Shown one piece after another: positions 52,334 through 61,759 of a stretch of DNA of 64,000 nt. The notes below the pieces were generated by a model. It was given only the letters and a program-made list of their open reading frames with translations. It was not told the origin of the DNA and ran no database searches. The stretch spans positions 124,001 through 188,000 of IMG/VR virus record IMGVR_UViG_3300028840_008185. One strand, 5' to 3'. The position numbers and the translations under genes were made by a program. Position 1 is the stretch's first letter. Each line of letters begins with the position of its first letter.

Positions 52334-53609
52334 AGTCGTTGCCTCCTTTACTCCGCGTCAGCAGGCGGAGCCTTCTTGTTCCGCTCCAGAGTGAGCCCCT
52401 TGCCCGTCTTCAAAGCCCTACCGAGAAAACGGATAAAACCCTGAATGATCCCGTGGTGCTTCCGCACCTGTGGATCCCTGAATCCGCCCATGCGAGCCAG
52501 GTAGAGTTTCATGGTCGCCGCCTCATTGACGGTCATCTCACCAGTGCCCTCCAGCTCACCATCGAAGCGGGCCTCCTTGAGAGCCTTGTTCAGCGCCTTG
52601 AGCCCGTAGCCGTGGACCTTAAACTCGTTGCCGTCTGCGTCTTTGATCTTCGTAAGCATTTCCTTCTCTCCTTGTTGTTAGTTGGGCAGGCTCTCGGGAG
52701 AGCCAAAAATCTGGTCATAGTTGTTCCGATACTCCTGTGTCGCCACCTTAGGTGGCCCCTTGGAGCCATTACCCTTGAGAGACATCCTACTCTGGACATC
52801 GTAGACTGAGGGGTTTGCGGTGGGAGAAATCGCCATGAGTTCATCTCCGTGGATGGGCTGGCCCTCCTTCAAGGTGGCAACCATCCCCGCCTCACGCACC
52901 TCTCCAGCCTCGTCAACCAGAACCGCCTTCGACTCTCCATCAGCCGAAAGCGGCTCAAGAATAACAACTCTCTCTTTGCTCATCGCAACCTCCTAGTAAT
53001 GCCCCAAGTAGCCAGGGAAATCAACCTCTTCCGCCGTGCCCCGAATGTCTACGCTCTCCTCAGTTGGCTTCAACCCGAACTCGATCACATCCTCCGGGTC
53101 ATTCACGCAGAAGGAGTAAGTGATCAGCCGTCCATCGGGCAGGAGAGCAACGGAGAATTCATGGCTGGCGTTGTGCCCAACCTTGTGAAGCTCAACCTCG
53201 ATCTCCTTGCCCTCAACTTCGATCACCTTCTTACTTGAGCAGTAGCCATACCAGCCGGTATAGTTATGCTTTGCCTGCAAGACGATGAGATTGAACGCCT
53301 GTTTTCCGGTCATCTTGACCCTCTTTCTTGCCTCTTCGACTTCTCGGGAGAGCTGCTTCAATGCTTCAATGGCTTCCATGTTTTCCTCCTAGGAGCGCAA
53401 ATACTCAACATCTTTGCGGTGGAAAAGATCAAGTGCCTCTCGCTCGGTCAACCCGATGAACTCGTCAGGGAAGAAACTTAGTTCATCGTGATAGTAACTG
53501 AAAACCATTCCCTCTTCGCCATCATCAAATTTGACCATAACTTTGGCTTTGTCGCCCCAATATTGAGGCGGCAAAATCTTTGCTGATACAATCTTTCTCA
53601 CGTTGTCTC

Positions 53610-53954
53610 CTAGAAGGTTGGGGTTGAACGTTTCTCGGCCTGAACTAGTCGAGACTTCAAGCGTTTCATTAAGTAGCGGGCAACATCCAAGTGCCCGTTC
53701 TCAATCGCATCGTTCAGCGCATCGTATTGGTATACTGTGTCGTCAGCCTTATACTTCTTGATCAGGTGCTTAACGACCATCAGCAATCCACCACGAGCGG
53801 CTAAGCGGAGAGGGAAGTCAAGGCACTCCCTTGGATCTGCACCAGTCTTGACCAGCTTATCAATTCCAGCACAGACCTTTTCCTCCGTGTCTTCTTTCTC
53901 GGGATTAAAATAACTTATCAATTCCCTTAGTGGAACCTGTAGTTCGAGATTCAT
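53610..53954 (-). CDS. Ankyrin-repeat protein
   Basis: PLRLAARGGLLMVVKHLI..ADD; ALNDAIENGHLDVARYLM. Confidence 0.85.
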   Translation of the reverse strand: MNLELQVPLRELISYFNPEKEDTEEKVCAGIDKLVKTGADPRECLDFPLRLAARGGLLMVVKHLIKKYKADDTVYQYDALNDAIENGHLDVARYLMKRLKSRLVQAEKRSTPTF

Positions 53955-54517
53955 CTTAAAAGCTCTCTTGTGTGAACGGCAAATCTGTAAAGCCCTACCG
54001 CCAGAGCAACAAAGCCCAAGACATTCGCGGTTAAAGCTCTACCTTTGGACAACTGACGAATACTGTTCCAATCTCCACTATAGGCATAGCCCTTAGCAAA
54101 GTCCACGAGAGGAGCCGCCATGCCGAACAGGTAGAGCGTAGTGCCCCAGAAAGTCTTGATGTTCACTGCCCCAGAACTTAGCATGGAGTCGGTTGCAGCA
54201 AATATCACCACATCCATCACATACGGAGCTACGTAGAAAGCTAATTCCTGATTCTGGCTTGGAGGTGGATTGCCTGTCCAGCCATCCACTCTGCCTAAAT
54301 AGAAGCCTCCATCGTGCATATGTGGATACGGCTTGAAGCTCGCTACATCACGGCCCATCAGCTTAACACTAAGAGCGTGGAAACTCTCATGCAAAACAGT
54401 GTGAGCGGGAATAACAATCGGCGTAAAAGAGAACGCCCAGAGATTATCATTGTCCTCGGCGTATGCTGTGGCGGTGAAAAGCAGAAGAAAGACCAGAGCT
54501 TTGACAGTAGTTTTCAT
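53951..54517 (-). CDS. HExxH membrane zinc peptidase (M50B-like)
   Basis: Signal peptide, LHESFHAL, VAPY, GD near C-terminal TM segments. Confidence 0.7.
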   Translation of the reverse strand: MKTTVKALVFLLLFTATAYAEDNDNLWAFSFTPIVIPAHTVLHESFHALSVKLMGRDVASFKPYPHMHDGGFYLGRVDGWTGNPPPSQNQELAFYVAPYVMDVVIFAATDSMLSSGAVNIKTFWGTTLYLFGMAAPLVDFAKGYAYSGDWNSIRQLSKGRALTANVLGFVALAVGLYRFAVHTRELLR

Positions 54518-56022
54518 TTGCAGAACTCTTCCACACTGTCCCTGGTCACAATGATCTCCGTATCATCCAAGCGAACCCAGACACAATCTCCTTCAGCCCG
54601 CGAAACAACACCAACTCGACCCTCAAATGAGGGCCTGGGAAGGTGTGTCTTTCCTCCAATTGCTCCTTCTCTTACCCGCACCAGTATCATGTTGAAGCCG
54701 CGAGCAGAAGCACAGGAGAAGTCGCAAGGATGATCCACGCCCTTATGATGACAGGAACCCATTTGTGCTATTCCACAATGTTCTTTGAAAGGGCATTCAT
54801 CTCCCTTTAGTATCAGTCCGTTGACTAGCATTGTCTATCTCCACGCATTTAAACGTGACTACTTCCGCCACATCCCCAAACGATTTCACTAAGCGCTCAG
54901 CCGTGGCCCGGTCTGCAAACAAGGCATTTCGTGTGGGAGGTTCTCTTGCATCCGAAAAGTCTCCACCGAAGCGCCCAGGCTCAAACCATTCCCCGTCTGG
55001 ATACTCCTCACCCGGAGGCCAGCAGGTAGTCTTCACCCGAACTGCGAAAAGCTCAAACTCCATTGTCTATCTCCCCGCTGATGATGGGAGTGCTCGCAGC
55101 ACATTTGTAGTTAGGGTTAAAGAAAACCAGTGGGTTTTTCCACCACCTCATCCTAACCACCCTGGGTTGAAGTCTCTTGAGCTTTTGCTTGCCGTTGTCG
55201 TATCTGGCGGGAGGGGGATCCACGTCAAAGCGAAGCCAGTGATCCATGTCTGCGTTCCACATAGGAGTATCAAGTCCAGGAATAATGATGCCCATCTCAG
55301 CATCACTTTCGCTGGGACCAACAGTCTTGAAAGTCATCACTCTATCTCCTTGTGCGACGAATCCTGTCCACCAGGTCTATCGGCAAAGCTCCACGCGGAA
55401 AACGGAATGGGCGGCGCGGCGCATCGACAGTAACAACCTTCGCCTCACAACCTCGCCTGCCAGCCGCCTCAAGCTCATCAAGCACAGCCAACGCTGGGGT
55501 AAGCATCTGATGGAACAGCACCACACGCTCCACTCGCCCATCAGGGTGTCTCACATCAAGGTCCACTCTGTCGAACATTGCCATATCTCCTATTTGCTGA
55601 AGTCAAACCACACGCAGGCATGAGCCAGCGTGGAGATGATCCACAGCCCAAGTCCACAGAACAAAAGCGTGAGAAGGAACGGAGGGAACCAACTTCCGCT
55701 ATGGTTGCTCATCGTCATCCTCCTCCCGCTTCGACTCAGCCAGCCCGACCCCAACCAACGCCGCTTTTACCACGTTGGTCGTGTTTTGCTCAACCGTGTC
55801 GCAGTGGCTATGAAACTCGTCGCTCCATGCCTGATACAACTTCTGGGCACTACCTCTGATTTCGGCTGACAGATCCCACAGCCTACTCGCCAAGCCCTTC
55901 AGTCCCAGATGCTCGGCTGAATCGGCCAGATTCCCAAGCTCCCTGACCGCCTCCGTCATCCTCCATCTGGCGCTGTTTGCATCGTCGATGGTGTTCTTTT
56001 CCATTGTTTTCTCCTGAACAAT

Positions 56023-56099
56023 TGGTGCGCCCAGCAGGAATTGAACCTGCGGCCAACGGATTAAAAGTCCGCTGCTCTACCTGGCTGAGCTATGGACGC
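56023..56099 (-). tRNA. tRNA-Lys(UUU)
   Basis: Cloverleaf; GCGGA-CTTTTAA-TCCGT; encoded CCA. Confidence 0.95.
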
Positions 56100-56102
56100 A
56101 TC

Positions 56103-56126
56103 GGGGGAGCCCCGAAGGGCTCCCCC
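56103..56126. terminator. GC-rich hairpin between 56133 gene and tRNA-Lys
   Basis: gggggagccc-cgaa-gggctccccc. Confidence 0.65.
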
Positions 56127-56132
56127 TGTTTA

Positions 56133-56375
56133 CTACTCGGCCTCCTCCTCGGGCAGCTCCTTCGAACCGATGACGGTGACATTCAGCCCCACCTGGCAGG
56201 CCACGACCTTGCCATTGATGGTGAGATTCACCTTACCGCCCGCGTGGTAACCCATCGAACCCGTCTTGAACTGCTTGGGCTCGGCCAGCAGGTTCATACC
56301 CGCCAGCTCCACGGTCAGTGCGTCTGCGTGCTCGTTGAACTCCGCCCTCTGAATCGGACATTCCTTCTTCGCCAT
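56133..56375 (-). CDS. Small beta-rich protein (PKxF(K/S)(T/S)GSxGY family), paralog of 63840 gene
   Basis: AAGGAGG RBS; PKQFKTGSMGYHAGGKV...QVGLNVTVIGSKE. Confidence 0.85.
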   Translation of the reverse strand: MAKKECPIQRAEFNEHADALTVELAGMNLLAEPKQFKTGSMGYHAGGKVNLTINGKVVACQVGLNVTVIGSKELPEEEAE

Positions 56376-56469
56376 GGTTTTCCTCCTTGGCTATTTGGGG
56401 GCCTACCCCCTGTCGTTGGAGCATTATGCTCCCCTTTGTGACCATAATTGGTCACTGTGGTCGTAAAAA

Positions 56470-56596
56470 CGGGAAGGCTACGCCGTGTAAGAAGCCCTGA
56501 TCATAAGTCACAGAACCAACGGCACTTAATCGCGGAGAGGAACCTCCCAATAAGCTCTGATCGACCGGGAGGGTCGGCTCAGTATGTAGCTCCCCG
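56470..56596 (-). ncRNA. Candidate four-way-junction RNA with loop-loop pairing
   Basis: Closing stem CGGGGAGCTAC/GTAGCCTTCCCG followed by TTTTT; three internal hairpins; CTCCC loop complementary to GGGAG. Confidence 0.55.
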
Positions 56597-56601
56597 ATAT
56601 G

Positions 56602-56931
56602 TTAGAAGCTAAACAAGTTGCAGTGAGCGATGAGAAAGATGGCCCCACCAATGACAGCAACCCAGAAAAGGATGAAAGCAATCACCACTATCAACTCCAT
56701 AGCTGTGAAGCCACCCTCCAGCCTCGCCCTCTCCTTCACAGCCCGATGTCCAGCAGCGTTCAGCCGTGCAAGCTGCTCCTCCGAACTGCGCTGCTTCGCA
56801 GCCTCCACACGGGCTTTCGCGTTGGCAATCTTCGCCTTCTGTTTGGCCCTGTAGGCTGCTCTCGCTTTGGCATTCGCCTCGGCGGTGAGGTGGCGGCGGG
56901 AAAACTGCTCCTTGCTATTGGCCTTAGCCAT
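56602..56931 (-). CDS. Basic protein with C-terminal type IV prepilin-like cleavage/methylation motif
   Basis: ...KERARLEGG|FTAMELIVVIAFILFWVAVIGG; AGGAGG RBS. Confidence 0.75.
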   Translation of the reverse strand: MAKANSKEQFSRRHLTAEANAKARAAYRAKQKAKIANAKARVEAAKQRSSEEQLARLNAAGHRAVKERARLEGGFTAMELIVVIAFILFWVAVIGGAIFLIAHCNLFSF

Positions 56932-57427
56932 TGTTGCTTTCCTCCTTGTTGGCGTTGCGCTCGGCTCTCCGTGCCTCTTTGCGCTTCATCTTCATGGTGG
57001 TGATGCAGTTGCGGAGCACCATTGCTGGATAATCCTGCTTAGTGTCCTTGAGCCTTGCCTCCAGCTCCCTGATATTCCTGTCACATTGTTTGGTAGTCAT
57101 CCCTCTTCTCCTTGGGTTGGCAATAACTTGTTTTTCGCGTCCGCCAGCGCCGCTGCTTGCTCGATGGAACATTGCGCCAGAAACTCATCGTTGATGAATA
57201 CCATTCGGTCTCCCGTTTCGGCGTACACTGCGTCCCCTATCTTCACACAGAGAGTCCCAGAGTCAGCCAGGAGACAGTTATCCGCGATTTCCTTGAACCT
57301 TTCGCGAGTCTCACGCTGCTTCCAGCCGAACATGTCTCTTGCTATTAACATCACCTGCACCTTGCTCAACGGAGACTGAAGCAGCGCAGCAATGGCTAGT
57401 CTTTTGTAGTAATCGTTTTCCATTGTC

Positions 57428-58276
57428 TTATTCCCTTCGTGGCCTACGACGAACAGGAGGCGCAGGAGAAGTCTCTTCTCTCCGAGCCCATCTGTTCATC
57501 CAAGCCTCAACGGTTTCCTTGGCCTCCCTGAGATCCGGACACTCAACTCCGTCGGTTTCGTTGGCCCAGATCCGCAGGTTCTTGATGGCTTGGATTTTCT
57601 TCCCCTGGCGAGCCTGAGAAACAGCAGTTCCCGGCAGACCACCACAGCCGATGCAGGCATCGCAATGGTCCCAAGGGATCTCTCTGTAAGCGCAGTCCAT
57701 GTCCCCGTCAAAACAGGCAGCCTGCACTCTATTCGCCCCCTCCCTTATGCGCCTACTGATGAGGTCAGCCGCGCCACTTCTGCCATCCCTGACCGCCCGA
57801 CTGAGATCCTCAGACAGTTCAGCAGCACTGCGAGGATCATCTGGAAGGCTCCCATCCATGACATCAGACACTTCATCCACGAAAGTCTGCATGTGCCTCA
57901 CTTCTTCAGCACAGTCAAAGCAGAGTTCGGTTCCGTAAACCTCAGCGCCGCAGTTGTCACAAGTCTCTTCCTCGGGGCGCGGCTCAGCCAAACCGGAAGC
58001 GCCAATGTTGACGGTATTGGCGAGAAGAGCCTGGTTGATGGCCTCAACGTCCACGCCACGGTCCTTGATATCGCCACGCAGAACGCCCAAGTGCTCCAGC
58101 ACCGTCTCAAGCTGGCTCATCGCAGAGATCAAGTCGTGCTCAAGCATTGGCAGTTCTTTGCCATCGCTCAGCTTCAAGATGATAGTGGGCTCCTTGAGAC
58201 TTCCCCTGAGCACGGAGCTGACAAAACAACCGGCGTTCTCAAGCTTAAAGTTGAGTTCTATGCGGGAAAGTTTCAT
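57428..58276 (-). CDS. Protein with C-terminal L7/L12-CTD-like motif, paralog of 31598 gene
   Basis: HCDACIGCGGL..GKKIQAIKNLR...LREAKETVE. Confidence 0.7.
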   Translation of the reverse strand: MKLSRIELNFKLENAGCFVSSVLRGSLKEPTIILKLSDGKELPMLEHDLISAMSQLETVLEHLGVLRGDIKDRGVDVEAINQALLANTVNIGASGLAEPRPEEETCDNCGAEVYGTELCFDCAEEVRHMQTFVDEVSDVMDGSLPDDPRSAAELSEDLSRAVRDGRSGAADLISRRIREGANRVQAACFDGDMDCAYREIPWDHCDACIGCGGLPGTAVSQARQGKKIQAIKNLRIWANETDGVECPDLREAKETVEAWMNRWARREETSPAPPVRRRPRRE

Positions 58277-59304
58277 TGGTCGTCTCCTTAGCCTGCACAA
58301 CCTACGGCTTTTCTTGGTCCGTTGTCCATCCTGCTCAAGAGCAGCACTTCTTCACGAGTGTGGAGAATCACCTTGACGTTGCCGGGGATGTGCTCAATGG
58401 GACACTCCCTAGCATACTCGTGAGCCTTAACCTCAGTATCGAACTCCTGGATGGACCAAATGTTCCAGAAACCATCACCGCAATCGTATTTGATTTCAAC
58501 GCTGTAGGTTTTCATTCTCTCGTCTTCCGTGAAACTCGGGAGTCTTATACACCGGGGGCTCAGCAAACTCCAGAGCTACAGGGCCTTCATACTCAAACTC
58601 GCCCCAACTGTCTTGCCAACTGTCGTTATGCTCCTGCCACCAGATAGAATACCTGTTGGTCCAGACAGCAAGCTCGCCACAATGCGGACATTTCCAGAGA
58701 ACCCAGAATTCCGGGTCGTCACCAACATCCTCCGGGCTGAAGACATATGTGAAGCCATCCCAAGAGGTTATATTCAACTCCTCGTAATGTCCGTTCTTAC
58801 AGAGAACTTGGATATAACCTTGGTAGCTCATAACGTCTCCTTTATAGCCTGAATTCCTCAGGAATCTTGTCAGCGTTTTCCTGCATGGCTTTGCCCAGCC
58901 TAGCGCTCAGCCACCAATCGAAAAGCTCGCCCTCGTTGTTGAAACCATCTGCGATGGCTGAAGCAACCAGGTCGGCAATGGCAGAGAGCGTGTCCGCTTT
59001 CATCTGGATTTCCCTGGCAAAGTGAGCGACGTGTTCCATGAGCTTGTCTTCTTTGGCATACTCAATGTCGCTCAAGTCTTCCCGGCTGGGACGGTCACGG
59101 TTAGTGAATTCCTCCCAGGTGAAGTGTGGCTCTGTAGGCATCACCTCTTTGGGAATGATGATGCCGATTTCCTGGTAGTTATTTTGGTCCACCAGACCAA
59201 AATCGCCCTTGCGAATCTGGGTGAGCATGCCATCACGTTGGGCCACTACTAAGTCCCAACCCTTAACGGGCTCACAAATCGTCAGCGTTCCAGCAATGCA
59301 AAGC

Positions 59305-60117
59305 TCACACATCTTTGTTTCTCCTTGCCTTATTCCAAACCCTCAAACAAGTTGAGCAGTTTGGAATGAACTCCGAATAGAACACCCCGGTGAACTCCTT
59401 GAACCTTTCACTGAATCCACCGTCAAGATACTCAGACACATCAGCATACTCCCAGGCACCGAACGGGCACTTAGATATTATGCCCTCTTCGTTGATGAGA
59501 AAGCTATATTTCCTATCAGGTTTACCACAGTATCTTGAGAACGAACCGTAAAGGTTATACTCAAACCGGGATCTTCCAACAGGAACAACCGACTCTTCTT
59601 TTGTCTGCTCCTCGGTTGCTACTCTGTGTGGGATGTTGTTTCTGGAGCAGAACTCCTCAGCGGCAGCCACGTTCTTGTTGGTGTGCCACCGGTCTTTGGA
59701 GATGGCGAAGATTATCAGGTGTGAGTTGGCAAGTTGCTTAACTCGTTCGCTCTCTGTCTCCACCCAATCTCCATTAGTAGCGATTCTCACCACCTCAACT
59801 CCATCACACAGAGTTGAGATGACATCAAACCACTCGGGGTGCAAAAAGAACTCACCACCCATTATGTTAATGTATGAGATGTTATTGCTTACAAGAAACC
59901 TACTCACTTCTCTCGCCACATCAAGAGACATGAAGTTGTCTCCTTTGGGCGAGCAAGAGAAGCAGCAATGACTACAAGACTGCGTGCATTTGGTAGTGAT
60001 TCTGATTGTGGGGGTTAGAACTCTGTGGCAAATGTCCCTTTTGTCACATGCCTCACAGTTGCAGCACTGCTTACCATCACACGCAGGGTCAACACAAATG
60101 TCGCACCTTGATGTCAT
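59305..60117 (-). CDS. Radical SAM protein with Cys-rich N-terminus and SPASM/twitch-like C-terminus
   Basis: CTQSCSHC, MGGEFF, ATNG, C...I..EG.I.KC...C..C. Confidence 0.9.
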   Translation of the reverse strand: MTSRCDICVDPACDGKQCCNCEACDKRDICHRVLTPTIRITTKCTQSCSHCCFSCSPKGDNFMSLDVAREVSRFLVSNNISYINIMGGEFFLHPEWFDVISTLCDGVEVVRIATNGDWVETESERVKQLANSHLIIFAISKDRWHTNKNVAAAEEFCSRNNIPHRVATEEQTKEESVVPVGRSRFEYNLYGSFSRYCGKPDRKYSFLINEEGIISKCPFGAWEYADVSEYLDGGFSERFKEFTGVFYSEFIPNCSTCLRVWNKARRNKDV

Positions 60118-60129
60118 TGTTCTCCTTTG

Positions 60130-60203
60130 TGGGCCCTCTGGGATTCGAACCCAGGATCGACCGGTTATGAGCCGGCGGCAGTAGACCGCTGTGCTAAGGG
60201 CCC
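60130..60203 (-). tRNA. tRNA with CAU anticodon, probably Ile2 (lysidine type)
   Basis: GCCGG-CTCATAA-CCGGT; GGGCCCT acceptor with paired 1:72 and no 3 G-C initiator pairs. Elongator Met not excluded. Confidence 0.85.
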
Positions 60204-60620
60204 ATAGTTACTAGGTGGGGCGACGGGAGATGTAGTGCTTCGTGCCGCACTTGTCGCAGCGCACCCAGGTGCCGATGAAACGAGCCTTCATGGGGGTCTT
60301 GCACTTCATACACTCGATCATTGTTTCCTCCTTTAAGCCGCCATTGCTAAGGCTGACTCTTGGTTGACGATGTTATAGAAACCCCTGAAACGGTGCTCTT
60401 CCGGGGGAATCCACCCGTCTTGAATGAAGCTCATGTACAACTCATCACGGCGGTCGCACAGGTGGTCAACCCTGTCCCATTGCTTCCAGAACCGCAAGGT
60501 GCCCACAATCGACATAACACTGCCAAAAAGAATGAGCGCGGCAATGAGAGCACCGATGAAGTATGCAAAATTCAACATGGATTCATACATTTGTTCCTCC
60601 GTTGTTGTTCTTCTTCTTAG

Positions 60621-60755
60621 AGACCAGCGTAGGATTCGAACCCACTGTATGCCTAACTCACCACCGTTCGGCATACCATCCTTCCGGGGGCTTTGAGAAG
60701 CTAGCAGCAGGGGTGAGATCTGCACTAGCCGCAACGGCTCCACCGGAGACTGGCC
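60621..60755 (-). ncRNA. tRNA-like RNA (acceptor + T-arm) with non-canonical ~100 nt multi-hairpin body
   Basis: GGCCAGT/GCTGGTC acceptor, GTGGG-TTCGAAT-CCTAC T-arm, internal stems GCTAG/CTAGC and GTATGCC/GGCATAC. Confidence 0.65.
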
Positions 60756-61097
60756 CATATGCTAAGTCCTAAAACGCACAGCCTAAGTAGACGATAGTGT
60801 TGACGGTGGGAAGTAAGAGCAAAGTCCCTATCCACCCCATCTCGCCCTCATCGTGGAGGGCACCAGCAACGATCATGATGAGCCATGCCAGAGCTTCCAC
60901 CGACATCAGGATCAACGCCACAATCCCGAGAGCAAGCGGAGCCTTGTCGATGAACGTCAGCCCGACGTAGGTCCCAGCCACGAGCATGGGCAGCGCAAAG
61001 AGCAGAGCGAATGGGCTTTCCGTGAACCCTTGGTAGAGGAAAAACAGGAGCATCAGCCCCAAAAGCGAAGCGGAAACTATAGTGTATGCAAACATTC

Positions 61098-61340
61098 CTA
61101 CTCCTCCTCCAGAATCTTCTTCAGCTCCTCCAGCGCCTCCACCACCTCATCACGACCCTCATCGACGCCCTCGCTCACATGCTCCACCGCCTTCTCGGTA
61201 TGCTTCACCGCCTCGGTGGTGTGCTCCCTCACGGGCTTGTTATACTGCTTGTAGATGGCAACGCCACCGAACACTGCGAGAGCCAGCACACTGAGAACCA
61301 GAATCATGCTGAGCAAGCCCTTCTTCTTACGTCGCGCCAT
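61098..61340 (-). CDS. Small single-pass membrane protein, paralog of 49353..49538
   Basis: Shared N-terminal 40 aa pattern. Confidence 0.75.
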   Translation of the reverse strand: MARRKKKGLLSMILVLSVLALAVFGGVAIYKQYNKPVREHTTEAVKHTEKAVEHVSEGVDEGRDEVVEALEELKKILEEE

Positions 61341-61357
61341 TATCTTCTCCTTGTTGG

Positions 61358-61759
61358 TTAAATCAAATCCCTGTCCGCAAACGACACGAATTTGTCGGAA
61401 GCGGAAATAACTATGTGATCCAGAAGTGTAATCCCTAATAGCTCACCAGCTTGCACTAACCGCTGGGTCAAGCTTTTGTCGTCTTTGCTTGGCTCAGTGT
61501 CACCAGACGGATGATTGTGAGCCACGATTACCGCTACGGCGTTCCTCTTTACTGCCTCCCTAAACACATCCCGAGGATGAACCTCAACCGTATTTGCGCT
61601 GCCCATAGCGATCATCGCGGGGCTGCCAATTGGCTGATGAAGTCCATTTAAGCTAAGGACAACAAAGCACTCCTGAATGCCCAGAGATTCCTCTGGAAAT
61701 CCAGGGCGAACGGCAGCGGCTGCTTCAGAGGCGCAGCTTACCTTGCCGCCACTCATCAT
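61358..61759 (-). CDS. RadC-like JAB/MPN domain protein
   Basis: QE.F.V, VHPRDVF, AHNHPSGD..PS.DD, LLDHIVI. Confidence 0.93.
   Translation of the reverse strand: MMSGGKVSCASEAAAAVRPGFPEESLGIQECFVVLSLNGLHQPIGSPAMIAMGSANTVEVHPRDVFREAVKRNAVAVIVAHNHPSGDTEPSKDDKSLTQRLVQAGELLGITLLDHIVISASDKFVSFADRDLI

Noticed and set aside
60621-60756. tRNA-Sec or tmRNA
   Set aside because: No CUUCAAA loop on a proper stem, no Sec-type D-arm, and too short with no tag ORF.
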